A DNA stretch of 64,000 nt. Origin: Anaerolineae bacterium. Its GTDB lineage: Bacteria; Chloroflexota; Anaerolineae; DUEN01. Numbering within the stretch: the stretch's first letter is position 1; the number at the start of each line of letters is the position of its first letter. This document shows, piece after piece, positions 49,529 through 59,218 of the stretch. The notes beneath the pieces are model-generated. The model made no database searches, was not told the origin of the DNA, and saw only the letters and a list, made by a program, of their open reading frames with translations. The DNA is taken from assembly GCA_034432955.1 (NCBI GenBank), contig DAOUBB010000045.1:24302-88301 (forward strand), written 5' to 3'. The translations under genes were made by a program, and so were the position numbers.

Positions 49529-50625
49529 TGCGTCAACCAGTCATCCGGCGTTGCCCTCATTGCGGCGTCCAGGTCTCCTGGCGAGCCAGTACCTGTTTCA
49601 TGTGCGGCGTGCGCCTGGATGGGCGATCGCCAGGGCATCTTCGCGCGGTGGGGGCGGACATCCTCCTGGTGATCGGCGTGCTGGTTGCCGCCTGGCTGCT
49701 GTGGCGACGTGTACCGCGTCCGCAGGAGGATCTCTTCCCCACGCCGATGGTCGCCACGCCGGTCGTCATCACCTCGCCCACCCCTGTTCCCACTGCGACT
49801 GCGACCCCTGTCGTCACAGCTCGTGCGACTTCAACCCTCGAGGTGATCGGGACGCCCACGCCGATCGTTCACGTGGTGCGGCCGGGCGATAGCCTGGAGT
49901 ACATCGCCGGCTTCTATGGGGTGCGCGTCGCCGATCTCGTGGCGGCCAACGCGCTGGAAGACCCGGATCGGCTGCAAGTGGGCCAACGGCTGGTGATCCC
50001 CGCGCCCACTCCTCCACCTGGTGAGGTGACGCCATCCCCCACGACGGCGGACGTCGCCCGCTACGTGGTGCAGGAGGGGGATACGCTCAGCGCCATCGCT
50101 GTGCGCTTTCGCGTTTCCGTCGCCGCGATTCAGGCTGCCAACAACCTGGGGAAGAGCGAGCTCATCCGCGTCGGCGATACCCTGATCATCCCTACACCCT
50201 TCCCGACGGTTCAGGTGAGCGAGCCATTGGCTGGGCTCACGGTGACACCCATTCCCGTTCCCGACAGCCCGTATCGCTGGCCGGCGCCTCCCCTGCTCAG
50301 CCCGGCCAACGGAGCGGTCATCGCCAGCGCCGGGGAGCCGCTCTTGCGGTGGGCCGCGGTCGGGTTGTTGGACCAGGACGAGTGGTATGTGGTACGGCTG
50401 TGGCCAGCGGATCCCGGGTTGCCCGGTCCACCGGCGTACTGGACTAAGGGGACGAGCTGGCGCGTCGGATCGGAGTGGCGGCCATCCGAGATGACGCGTG
50501 GGCGGCGGTATTTCTGGCAGGTGACGGTGGTGCGCGCCCGGGGCGAAGGAGCCAGTCGACGCGTCGTGGAAGTCACCAGCCCTCTCAGCGAGGTGCGCAG
50601 CTTCGTCTGGGGAGAGGCCGATTAG
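49528..50625 (+). CDS. LysM-domain (x2) membrane-anchored protein with N-terminal zinc ribbon
   Basis: ATG overlaps the upstream TGA (GTGATG). GAGAGGGAAGG RBS. CPHCG...CFMCG zinc ribbon. TM ILLVIGVLVAAWLLW. Pro/Thr linker. Two LysM units (VVRPGDSLEYIAGFYGVRVADLVAAN; VVQEGDTLSAIAVRFRVSVAAIQAAN). Confidence 0.7.
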   Translation: MRQPVIRRCPHCGVQVSWRASTCFMCGVRLDGRSPGHLRAVGADILLVIGVLVAAWLLWRRVPRPQEDLFPTPMVATPVVITSPTPVPTATATPVVTARATSTLEVIGTPTPIVHVVRPGDSLEYIAGFYGVRVADLVAANALEDPDRLQVGQRLVIPAPTPPPGEVTPSPTTADVARYVVQEGDTLSAIAVRFRVSVAAIQAANNLGKSELIRVGDTLIIPTPFPTVQVSEPLAGLTVTPIPVPDSPYRWPAPPLLSPANGAVIASAGEPLLRWAAVGLLDQDEWYVVRLWPADPGLPGPPAYWTKGTSWRVGSEWRPSEMTRGRRYFWQVTVVRARGEGASRRVVEVTSPLSEVRSFVWGEAD

Positions 50626-50735
50626 TACTACAACGAGATTTCATCCTCGGCATCTCATTCCAGGCGAGCCTCTGGCCTGGCCGCCAGGACAGGCTGCCCC
50701 CGGCAGGCGAGTTCCCAACCCCCTTCCCTGAGCCG

Positions 50736-51851
50736 TCAATCCAGCCGACGGTGGACAGTAAGCAGGGAGATCGCACTCACGATGACGGCCAGCCCGGCCA
50801 ATGCCGCCACCTCCGGCCAGATCGCGCTCAATCCCGCACCCTTCAGCGAGATCGCGCGCAGGGCCGCCAGGTAGTGGCGAAGGGCGGAAACGACGGATAC
50901 AGTCTGCAGGAGCGCCGGCATGTTCTTCACCGGCACCATATAGCCCGATAAGCTAACGTCAGTCATGGCGACGATAAATACGAACAGGATCGCCTGCTGC
51001 TGCGTGCGGGAAATGGCCGAAATCAGCATGCCCCAGCCGATCTCCACGGCGATGAAGAGGATGGTTACACCGAACAGAAGAGGCAGGGAGCCGCGCATGG
51101 GCACGTGAAAGCCGTAGATCATCACGCCCAACATGAGCACAAAATCGAGGAGGCCCAACACCGCCGCCGGGATGGCTTTGCCCGTAACCAGCTCGAAGCG
51201 GTTCAACGGCGTCACGGCCAGTTGCTCCAGCGTGCCCAGTTCCCGCTCGCGGGCCAGCACCGTTGCAGCCACCGTCAACACTACCTGATAAATGATGAAC
51301 CCCATCTGAGCCGGTATCGCCTGGTGCTGAATGTTCATCGCCGGGTTGAACCGCACGGCGGCGCGCAGCTCGATAGGCACCGCGGCAAACCGGAGGGACG
51401 TTCCCGACTGCCTGCGCGCGAAGTCGGTGATCACCCCTTCAGCCGCGCTCAGGGCGGCGCTGGCCAGGATGTTATTGGCTCCGTCGGCGATGACCTGGAT
51501 CAGGGGTGGGTGGGCCGGGCGCATCAGATCACGCGAGAAGCCAGCGGGGATCACTACCACGATCGCCGCTTTCCCCTCGACCAGCAAAGTGTTCGCTTCC
51601 GCCAAGCTCTGGGGATAGTACTGGACATCCAGCTCTTCTGTCACGTCCAGAGCGGTGATAAGCTGGCGACTCAGCGTGGAGCGATCCTGATCCCAGACGG
51701 CCACGGGCAGATGAGTCCACCCGCGGCTGGTGGATTGAGCGATCAAACTGAGCTGGAAAACGGGGAACAACAAGATGAACGCGGCGAAAAACCGATCGCG
51801 GCGAAACTGGATGAACTCTTTGATGACCAGGTTTCTGATCCGAAGCAGCAT
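50736..51851 (-). CDS. ABC-2 type transporter permease (YbhR/YbhS-like)
   Basis: N-terminal TM plus large periplasmic loop. ABC-2 C-terminal 5-TM core. Paralogous to the 51873 gene. Confidence 0.7.
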   Translation of the reverse strand: MLLRIRNLVIKEFIQFRRDRFFAAFILLFPVFQLSLIAQSTSRGWTHLPVAVWDQDRSTLSRQLITALDVTEELDVQYYPQSLAEANTLLVEGKAAIVVVIPAGFSRDLMRPAHPPLIQVIADGANNILASAALSAAEGVITDFARRQSGTSLRFAAVPIELRAAVRFNPAMNIQHQAIPAQMGFIIYQVVLTVAATVLARERELGTLEQLAVTPLNRFELVTGKAIPAAVLGLLDFVLMLGVMIYGFHVPMRGSLPLLFGVTILFIAVEIGWGMLISAISRTQQQAILFVFIVAMTDVSLSGYMVPVKNMPALLQTVSVVSALRHYLAALRAISLKGAGLSAIWPEVAALAGLAVIVSAISLLTVHRRLD

Positions 51852-51872
51852 GGACGCGTCCCTTTGAGCGTC

Positions 51873-52985
51873 CTAATCCACTTGCTTTCGAAACGTCAAA
51901 ACGCTGAAGACCAGGGCAATCAGCCCCATCGCTGAGAGGGCCAGGACGGGCTGGGCGAGCTGAGGGATGGACAACCCCTTCAGAAATACGCCGCGGCCAA
52001 TGGCGATGAAATGGGTCGTCGGCAGGCTGTTGGAGATGAGCAGGGATCTCGCGGACGACGTGTCAATGGGGTGGATCAGCCCGGACAGGAAGAAGCTGGG
52101 CACAAAGGAGACCAGCAGCATGACCAACATCGCCGTCTGCTGGTTCCGGATGAAGTTCGCCAATACCAGGCTGAGCCCCATGCTGGCGCCGAAGAAGAGG
52201 ATCGTCACCGCGAGGAACACGGCTAGCTCGCCTCGAAACGGCACGTGGAACCAGAAGACGGCGACCGCCTGGGCGACGAGCGCGCTGATCAAGCCGGTGC
52301 CCATGTACGCGATCAGCTTGCCAATCAAATACTCTGGCCCGCGGACGGGCGTGGCGATCAACGTCTCGAAGGTCCCCATCTCCTTTTCACGGGTGAGCGC
52401 CAGGGTCAACGCCAGCGCCGGCATGATCAGGAAGATCCCCAACAAGCCCGGCACCATGCTCACCAGCGATTTCAGGCCGGGGTTATACAGCACGCGGCTA
52501 CGGATCTCCAGCGATGGGTGCGCCGCCAGGTTGGTTCCCGGCGCTTTCAACGCAAACGCGTTCGTGCGTGCCGTGAGCTCATGGATCGCCTGCCGGGCCA
52601 TAGTGGCCTCAGCCCCATCTACCAACAACTGCACTGGCGTGCCGCTTCCCCCCAGTACATCCCGCTCGAAGTCGGGAGGGATTACCAGCACTGCGTCCGC
52701 CCGGCCAACCTCCAACAGCCAATCCGCCTGCTGATAGCTTTCGACATCCGCCACCACACGCACGTCTCCATCTGCCGTCAACGCGGCCAGATAGTCGCGG
52801 GAAAGCCGGCTGCGATCCTGGTCCATGACCGCCATCGTCACCTGCCCCAAATCGAGGGCGAACACGTAGGAAAACGTGAACAGCAGAAAGGCCGGCGAGC
52901 ACGTCACCAGGAACAGCAGGCGCACATCGCGGGTGATATGGTGAAGCTCTTTGCGCAGGATGGCGACGGTGCGATCCAGTGACAT
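51873..52985 (-). CDS. ABC-2 type transporter permease (YbhS/YbhR-like)
   Basis: Same architecture as the adjacent gene (VAVWDQDRS / MAVMDQDRSRLS conserved block). Confidence 0.7.
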   Translation of the reverse strand: MSLDRTVAILRKELHHITRDVRLLFLVTCSPAFLLFTFSYVFALDLGQVTMAVMDQDRSRLSRDYLAALTADGDVRVVADVESYQQADWLLEVGRADAVLVIPPDFERDVLGGSGTPVQLLVDGAEATMARQAIHELTARTNAFALKAPGTNLAAHPSLEIRSRVLYNPGLKSLVSMVPGLLGIFLIMPALALTLALTREKEMGTFETLIATPVRGPEYLIGKLIAYMGTGLISALVAQAVAVFWFHVPFRGELAVFLAVTILFFGASMGLSLVLANFIRNQQTAMLVMLLVSFVPSFFLSGLIHPIDTSSARSLLISNSLPTTHFIAIGRGVFLKGLSIPQLAQPVLALSAMGLIALVFSVLTFRKQVD

Positions 52986-53094
52986 CGGCTTTACCAGGCG
53001 TTCGCGGTGGACGGCCGTCGAGCCAGAGCTCTCACTCGGCCCCCGTTGAAATTGGAAATCCCTCGCTCATCACGCCTCCTGAGGGCATGAAGAT

Positions 53095-53577
53095 TCAGCC
53101 GCCATAGAACCAGCCCGTGTCCCACATCTCCAGCGGCTTCGCCGCCGGGTCGCGCAGGCCGGCGTTGATCACCTCCGCCACAAAGACCGTATGGTCTCCC
53201 CGCCGGACGGCATCGGTGACGCGCGCCTCGAACCAGGCTGGCAGGTCGGTCAGCAGCGGCGCGCCGGTTTGCGGCCCTGGCTCGAAGGTATAGCCGTTGA
53301 TGCGCCTGTCCTCCACCTGCGATGGGCGAAAGAAGGCGGCGGCCACGTCCTTCTGATCGGCGCCCAGGATGTTGACAGCGAAGGCACCGCCGCGCTCGAT
53401 GAGCCGGTGCAGGTGGCTGTCTCTCTTGACCCCGACCATCACCAGCGGGGGCGTGAACGAGGCCTGGGAAAGCCAGTTCACCGTGCCGGCGGCCACCTCT
53501 TCACCGTCGGCGGCGGTCAGCACGTACAGACCGTAAGTCAGCAAGCGCAACGTTCGTTTCCTGATCTCCGGTTCCAT
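53095..53577 (-). CDS. Flavin reductase-like FMN-binding (split-barrel) protein
   Basis: TYGLYVLTAADGEEVAAGTVNWLSQASFTPPLVMVGV...AFAVNIL matches the flavin reductase/HpaC-like domain. Confidence 0.75.
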   Translation of the reverse strand: MEPEIRKRTLRLLTYGLYVLTAADGEEVAAGTVNWLSQASFTPPLVMVGVKRDSHLHRLIERGGAFAVNILGADQKDVAAAFFRPSQVEDRRINGYTFEPGPQTGAPLLTDLPAWFEARVTDAVRRGDHTVFVAEVINAGLRDPAAKPLEMWDTGWFYGG

Positions 53578-53674
53578 TCAGCGATCCTCTCCCTGGAGCC
53601 TGTCCAGTTGTTTCAGCACTTTGCGCTCGCCAAATCCCTTGCCTGCATGTCTTTTGAACGATCCTCCGGGGGTA

Positions 53675-53869
53675 TCAAGTTGGGCTTCCGGCCGTTGCGG
53701 GCGCTTCCACGATGACGGGACCCTTGCCGGGGTGTTGCCTGTGAGTGCCGTCACAGAATGGGAACTGCTGGGACCCAAAGCAACGGCACAGAGCCACTCG
53801 TTCTCCTGGCTGCAACCGTACAGTGGTGCGCGGATGTCCGTTGCGTTCTTCGGTGCTGTGCTCTGCCAT
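53675..53869 (-). CDS. CDGSH iron-sulfur domain protein
   Basis: CRCFGSQQFPFCDGTH matches the C-x-C-x2-S-x4-P-x-C-D-G-(S/T)-H signature. The overlapping 53578..53778 ORF has no motif. Confidence 0.65.
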   Translation of the reverse strand: MAEHSTEERNGHPRTTVRLQPGERVALCRCFGSQQFPFCDGTHRQHPGKGPVIVEAPATAGSPT

Positions 53870-54112
53870 GGAAAAACCCTCCTCGCTATGATTGAGAATC
53901 GAGCCTATTTACTATAACCGGCTCTTCGCTCCGTCCAAGTAATGCTGCTTCCACAACGGCTGCAGCAAGGCTTTCAGGGCCTCGTCATAGGTTCTCATAC
54001 CCTAGGCGTAGTTCCCGTCCAGGAGAGCCGGACGCGCGTGCTCATCGGTAGGCTCAGGTTCGTGCCGTGTCAACAGCCGCCGGATTTGCCTTTTGGGCCG
54101 AAATCGTTTAAG

Positions 54113-54811
54113 ATGCGGACTACTTACCAAACGTTCAGTTACCAATGCCTGCAGGGCGAGTGGGCAGTTAGCAGGATAGAGCGATCGTGCTGGGAGGAGT
54201 GCTTGGTAAACCCGACTTCCGGACCCGTCGAAGGCAAGGAGCTGATCCTGCGTGAGGCGGAGCGGCTCTTCAGCCAGCGCGGGTATCAGGGCGTGTCCAT
54301 CCGTGAGCTGGCGCAAGCCTGCGGCATGACGAACGCCGCTCTGTACTACCACTTCAAGGATAAGGAAGACCTCTTCTACCAGATGGCGACTCGCCAGGTA
54401 GAGCAGCTAGCACAAACGTTGCGGGAGCGAGCGGCCGCTGCCGGCGATGAGCCGCGGGCGCGATTGAAGGCCCTGGCCCATGCCTACGCCGAACACCTGA
54501 GACAGCGCCAGGACACCGCCCATGTGTACGCTGAGGCTTTTCACAAGCTTGGGCCGCAGCGGGCACGAGCTCTGCATGAGCACTTTCGCCGGCATATGCT
54601 GGGGGCGGTGGCGGAGGTGATTCGCGCCGGACAAGAGGTGGGCGTCCTTCGGCCGGCGGATCCTAACGTGGCGGCTCAGGCCTTCCTGGGAGTGATGGGC
54701 GTGCTGCGCTTTCAGTTCCCCGACGGAGGATTCACCCCTCAGCAGGTGGAGCAGTTGGTGGACATTTTCCTTTATGGCGTGGTGGCAATGTGGGAGGAGC
54801 AAAAGCCATGA
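54113..54811 (+). CDS. TetR/AcrR-family transcriptional regulator
   Basis: HTH ILREAERLFSQRGYQGVSIRELAQACGMTNAALYYHFKDKEDLF. The start is uncertain (ATG at 54113, or a TTG/GTG near 54200 after GGGAGGAG). Confidence 0.7.
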   Translation: MRTTYQTFSYQCLQGEWAVSRIERSCWEECLVNPTSGPVEGKELILREAERLFSQRGYQGVSIRELAQACGMTNAALYYHFKDKEDLFYQMATRQVEQLAQTLRERAAAAGDEPRARLKALAHAYAEHLRQRQDTAHVYAEAFHKLGPQRARALHEHFRRHMLGAVAEVIRAGQEVGVLRPADPNVAAQAFLGVMGVLRFQFPDGGFTPQQVEQLVDIFLYGVVAMWEEQKP

Positions 54812-56667
54812 GCCATGAGACGGGCCGGCCATCCATCGGACGTGATCTCGGTCGCGCTTTGAGCTATTTGCGCCGCTACTGGCTGACGACCCTGGGGGCG
54901 TGGTTCAGCTTGCTGTTGATGACCGCGGGGAACCTGGCCGCCCCGCGCCTGTTGCAGGTGTTGATTGACCGGGGGATCAAGACGGGCGATCTACGGCTGA
55001 TCTACAGCCTGGCGGCCGGGCTGGTGGGGCTGGCGGCCGCCCGCGGCCTCTTCACGTTTCTGCAAGGGTATCTCTCCGAGAAGGCCTCGCAAGGGGTGGC
55101 TTTCGACTTGCGCCAGGAATTGTACACCAAGCTGCAATCTCTCTCGTTCAGCTACCATGATCAGGCGCAGACGGGCCAGTTGATGACGCGCGCCACGAAC
55201 GATGTGGAGATCGTGCGCATGTTCACCGGCATGGGGTTCCTGCAGCTCCTCAGCACGGCCCTGGTGTTCCTGGGCACGGCTTCCCTGCTCATCTCCCTCG
55301 ACTGGCCGTTGGCCCTGCTGTCACTGACCATCGTCCCCATCGCCCTGATGATCACCACCATGCTGACGCGCCGGGTCATGCCACGTTTCCTGATCATCCA
55401 GCAGAAGCTGGGCAGCCTCAACACCCTGTTGCAGGAGAACCTGGCCGGCGCGCGCGTGGTGAAGGCGTTCGCCCGGGAGCCCTACGAGATCAAGCGGTTT
55501 CAGGCGGCCAACGTCAGCCTGCTTGAAGAGAACCTGCGCGTGGCTCGCGTCTTTTCCTTTAGCATCCCGCTCATCTTCGGCTTGGGTAACCTCGGCTCCC
55601 TGATCGTGATCTGGGTCGGTGGACTGCAGGTGATCGGCGGCCGGCTCACCCTGGGCGAGCTGGTGGCGTTCAACACCTACGTGACGATGCTCACCCTGCC
55701 CCTCTTCTTCCTGGGCATGATTATGGGGCTGATGACGCAGGCCGGCGCGTCCGCCCGCCGCATCTTCGAGATCCTAGACGCCGATGTGGAGGTGCGGGAA
55801 AAGCCGGATGCCATCCCGTTGCCGCCCTTGCGCGGTCGTGTGGAGTTCGACCACGTCACGTTCCGTTACGTCGGCGCCAGCGAGGACGCGCTGCAGGATG
55901 TCTCGTTTGTGGTTGAGCCGGGCGAGACGGTGGCGTTGCTGGGGGCGACGGGCTCCGGTAAGACTACCATCATCCACCTCATTCCCCGCTTCTACGATGT
56001 GAAGTCCGGCGCGGTGCGCGTCGACGGCTATGACGTGCGCGACGTCACACTGCACAGCCTGCGCTCGCAGATCGGCATCGTCCTGCAGGAGACGAACCTG
56101 TTCACGGGCACGATCCGGGAGAACATCGCCTTCGGCCGGCCGGATGCCACCATGGAGGAGATCATCGAAGCCGCCAGGGCTGCCGAGGCACATGACTTTA
56201 TCATGAGCTTCCCGGACGGCTACGAGACGCGCGTAGGCGAGCGCGGCGTGGGCCTGTCCGGCGGGCAGAAGCAGCGCATTGCCATCGCCCGCGCCCTGTT
56301 GCTCAACCCGCGCATCCTCATCCTGGACGACTCCACCTCGAATGTGGACCTGGAGACGGAGGCGCGCATCCAGCGGGCGCTGGAGCGGTTGAGGAAGGGG
56401 CGCACCTCGTTCGTGATTGCCCAGCGCATCAGCACGGTGCAGAAGGCGGACCGGATTCTGGTGCTCGATCGAGGCCGGCTGGTAGCCCAGGGCCGCCATG
56501 AGGAGTTGCTGGAGAGCAGCCCGATCTATGCCGAGATCTACTACCTGCAGTTGAACGGCAGCCGGCCCACCTGGGTCGAGGCGGTGACGGCGCCCGGCGA
56601 CGGCCGCCGCGACGGCGCATCCGGCCAGGCCCAGCCGGCTGATGGCCTGAAGCTCACGCGGACATGA
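54808..56667 (+). CDS. ABC exporter, fused permease-ATPase (MsbA/multidrug type), subunit 1
   Basis: ATGA overlap with the TetR stop. 6-TM domain. Walker A GATGSGKTT. Signature LSGGQKQRIAIARAL. Walker B ILILDD. Confidence 0.85.
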   Translation: MSHETGRPSIGRDLGRALSYLRRYWLTTLGAWFSLLLMTAGNLAAPRLLQVLIDRGIKTGDLRLIYSLAAGLVGLAAARGLFTFLQGYLSEKASQGVAFDLRQELYTKLQSLSFSYHDQAQTGQLMTRATNDVEIVRMFTGMGFLQLLSTALVFLGTASLLISLDWPLALLSLTIVPIALMITTMLTRRVMPRFLIIQQKLGSLNTLLQENLAGARVVKAFAREPYEIKRFQAANVSLLEENLRVARVFSFSIPLIFGLGNLGSLIVIWVGGLQVIGGRLTLGELVAFNTYVTMLTLPLFFLGMIMGLMTQAGASARRIFEILDADVEVREKPDAIPLPPLRGRVEFDHVTFRYVGASEDALQDVSFVVEPGETVALLGATGSGKTTIIHLIPRFYDVKSGAVRVDGYDVRDVTLHSLRSQIGIVLQETNLFTGTIRENIAFGRPDATMEEIIEAARAAEAHDFIMSFPDGYETRVGERGVGLSGGQKQRIAIARALLLNPRILILDDSTSNVDLETEARIQRALERLRKGRTSFVIAQRISTVQKADRILVLDRGRLVAQGRHEELLESSPIYAEIYYLQLNGSRPTWVEAVTAPGDGRRDGASGQAQPADGLKLTRT

Positions 56668-56707
56668 CGCGGTGTCTTGCCTCTTGCATCGGTAACACTG
56701 GCGAGGT

Positions 56708-58531
56708 GTGATGATGTTTGGTGCACACGCTTTACAGGCGTTGGCGCGTCAGCCTGAACGCGCACGCAATCGCCGACAGGCCGCGCGGCGCCTTGTCACC
56801 TATCTGTGGCCTTATCGCTGGACGTGGCTCCTGGTCCTCATCGCCACCGGGGGCGCCTCTCTCACCGCGCTGGCCGGTCCATATCTCATCGGCCGGGCCA
56901 TTGACCAGGCCATCGCCCAGGGCGACCGGCGCAGGCTGGCCATGACGATGCTCGCCTTCGCCGGCGCCATCGTTGGCGGATATCTTTTTAATGCCTTGAG
57001 CAACTACAGCATGGCGGTTATCGGGCAGCGCACTTTGCAATCGCTGCGCAACGACATCTTCAGCCAGGTGCAGCGGCTGTCGTTGCGCTTCTTCGACACG
57101 CACGAGCCTGGCGACCTGATGAGCCGCCTGGTCAACGATACCGACACCATCAACCAGTTCCTGAGCAACGGATTGAACCGCATCTTGATTGACACGCTAT
57201 CGCTGTTCGGGATCATCCTCGTCATGTTGCGATTGCAGATGAGCCTGGCGCTCGTCTCCTTCACGGTGATCCCGTTCATGGTCGGGATGACGGTCTACTT
57301 CGCCCGACGGGCACGGGTGGCTTACCGGCGCACGCGTGAGCGGATCGGCGCGGTGTCGGCGGAGTTGGAGGAGAACATCGCTGGCGTGCGGGAGGTGCAG
57401 GCCTTCGCCCGTGAGCGGGAGAACCAGCAGCGCTTTCTGGAGCTGAACGCGGCCAATCGCGATGCCGCCGTCAGCGCGCAGGCGATCACCGCGGCGTTCA
57501 TGCCCACGGTGGACATCCTGAGCGCCGTGGCGATGGCGATCGTCGCCGGGTACGGCGGCTATTTGGCCGTGCGGGGGCAGGCCTCCGTGGGGTTGATCGC
57601 CGCCTTTCTGGGGTATGTGCAGCGCTTTTTCATGCCGATCCGGGCCATCTCACAGCTCTACACGTCAGCGCAATCGGCCCTGGCCGGCGCCGAGCGCATC
57701 TTCGACCTGTTGGACGAGCAGCCCGAGATCCAGGACGCGCCCGATGCCTTCGAGATGCCGCCCATCCAGGGGCACGTGATCTTCGATCACGTCCGCTTCG
57801 GGTATAAGCCGGGCGAGGAGGTGCTGCACGACATCACGCTGGAGGCGCTGCCGGGGCAGACGATCGCCCTGGTAGGGCCGACGGGCGCGGGCAAGTCTAG
57901 CATCGTGAACTTGCTGATGCGGTTCTACGACGTGTGGGACGGGGCGGTGCGGATTGACGGCATAGACGTGCGCCAGGTGACTCAGTCCAGCCTGCGGCGG
58001 CAGATGGGGATCGTCCTCCAGGACACGTTCCTCTTCTCTGGGACGGTCGCGGACAACATCCGCTACGGCCGGCTGGACGCCACCGACGAGGAGGTCGAGG
58101 CGGCCGCCCGCCTGGTCAACGCCCATGAGTTCATCTCCCGCCTGCCGAACGGCTACCAGACGCGCGTGTTGGAGCGGGGGAATAACTTCTCGCAGGGGCA
58201 ACGGCAGCTCATCGCCTTCGCCCGGGCCGTGCTGGCCGACCCGCGCATCCTCATCCTGGATGAGGCGACGTCGAGTGTGGACACCCGGACGGAGGTGCTG
58301 ATTCAAGAGGCGTTGGGCCGATTGCTAAAGGGGCGGACCAGCTTCGTCATCGCGCATCGGCTGAGCACCATCCGCAACGCCGATCAGGTGCTGATGATCA
58401 TGGATGGGCGCATCGTCGAGCGCGGCACGCATGAGGAGCTGCTGGCCCGTCGTGGCGCCTACTATGTGCTGTATAGCCAGCAGTTTGCGGGCGATGGACG
58501 GGCGCGGGAGGAACCGATCGAGGTCGCTTAG
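56708..58531 (+). CDS. ABC exporter, fused permease-ATPase, subunit 2
   Basis: Walker A GPTGAGKSS. Signature FSQGQRQLIAFARAV. Walker B ILILDEATS. Confidence 0.85.
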   Translation: MMMFGAHALQALARQPERARNRRQAARRLVTYLWPYRWTWLLVLIATGGASLTALAGPYLIGRAIDQAIAQGDRRRLAMTMLAFAGAIVGGYLFNALSNYSMAVIGQRTLQSLRNDIFSQVQRLSLRFFDTHEPGDLMSRLVNDTDTINQFLSNGLNRILIDTLSLFGIILVMLRLQMSLALVSFTVIPFMVGMTVYFARRARVAYRRTRERIGAVSAELEENIAGVREVQAFARERENQQRFLELNAANRDAAVSAQAITAAFMPTVDILSAVAMAIVAGYGGYLAVRGQASVGLIAAFLGYVQRFFMPIRAISQLYTSAQSALAGAERIFDLLDEQPEIQDAPDAFEMPPIQGHVIFDHVRFGYKPGEEVLHDITLEALPGQTIALVGPTGAGKSSIVNLLMRFYDVWDGAVRIDGIDVRQVTQSSLRRQMGIVLQDTFLFSGTVADNIRYGRLDATDEEVEAAARLVNAHEFISRLPNGYQTRVLERGNNFSQGQRQLIAFARAVLADPRILILDEATSSVDTRTEVLIQEALGRLLKGRTSFVIAHRLSTIRNADQVLMIMDGRIVERGTHEELLARRGAYYVLYSQQFAGDGRAREEPIEVA

Positions 58532-58551
58532 AGGGTGTCTGAAAAGTCTTA
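58532..58551 (+). repeat. 20-bp dispersed 3'-UTR repeat AGGGTGTCTGAAAAGTCTTA (copy B, immediately after the ABC exporter stop)
   Basis: Exact match to 27249..27268. The flanking TCGCTTAG / TCGCTCTGAG are also similar. Followed by a nested hairpin (TTGCGCC...GGCGGGATGGATCCCGCC...GGCGCAA) and a degenerate REP at about 58608..58629. Confidence 0.7.
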
Positions 58552-58738
58552 ACAGGCCCCCTTTGCGCCAAGGCGGGATGGATCCCGCCCCTACTTCGTG
58601 GGCGCAAGCGGGCTGAAGCCCACACCACACGGGAAAAAGCGCCCGGCTCAGCGCACTGCTGAGTGCCTCGGAACCAGATTCCCATTCCACTCAAACGAAT
58701 TTCGCGACATCCTCTTAGCAAGGGGCAGGCAGCGGGCA

Positions 58739-59200
58739 TCACCGCTCCCGTTTCCAGTTCTTCATCTCCCTTTGTACCTCACGTTCGGCCTCTCGCCTGG
58801 CGATGGCCTCTCGCTTGTCGTACTCGCGTTTGCCGCGCACCAGGCCCAGCTCGATCTTGGCCTTGTTGTCCTTCAAATACAGCCGCAGCGGCACCAAAGT
58901 CCACCCCTTCTCCTGGACGCGGCCAGCCAGCCGGTTGATCTCCCGCCGATGTAACAACAGCTTGCGCTCCCGGCGCGGCTCATGATTTTGCCGGTTGCCC
59001 CCCGGGTAAGGCGCGATGTGCACGTTGAGCAGCCACACCTCGCCCCCGCGGATGATGGCGAAGCCGTCGCGCAGGTTCACCCGCCCCTCGCGGATGGATT
59101 TGATCTCCGTGCCGGTGAGCACGATGCCGGCTTCCAGGGTGTCCACGACCTCGTAGTCGTGATAAGCTTTGCGGTTGGTAGCGATGGTTTGAATCGTCAT
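58739..59200 (-). CDS. smpB: SsrA-binding protein
   Basis: [10 protein letters not shown]...GTEIKS...LLLHRREI canonical SmpB blocks. 153 aa. Confidence 0.9.
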   Translation of the reverse strand: MTIQTIATNRKAYHDYEVVDTLEAGIVLTGTEIKSIREGRVNLRDGFAIIRGGEVWLLNVHIAPYPGGNRQNHEPRRERKLLLHRREINRLAGRVQEKGWTLVPLRLYLKDNKAKIELGLVRGKREYDKREAIARREAEREVQREMKNWKRER

Positions 59201-59218
59201 CGGACCTCGCTGAGGAGC

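Noticed and set aside
53578-53778. 66-aa ORF overlapping the CDGSH gene in another frame
   Set aside because: No motif. The overlapping 53675..53869 frame carries a complete CDGSH signature.
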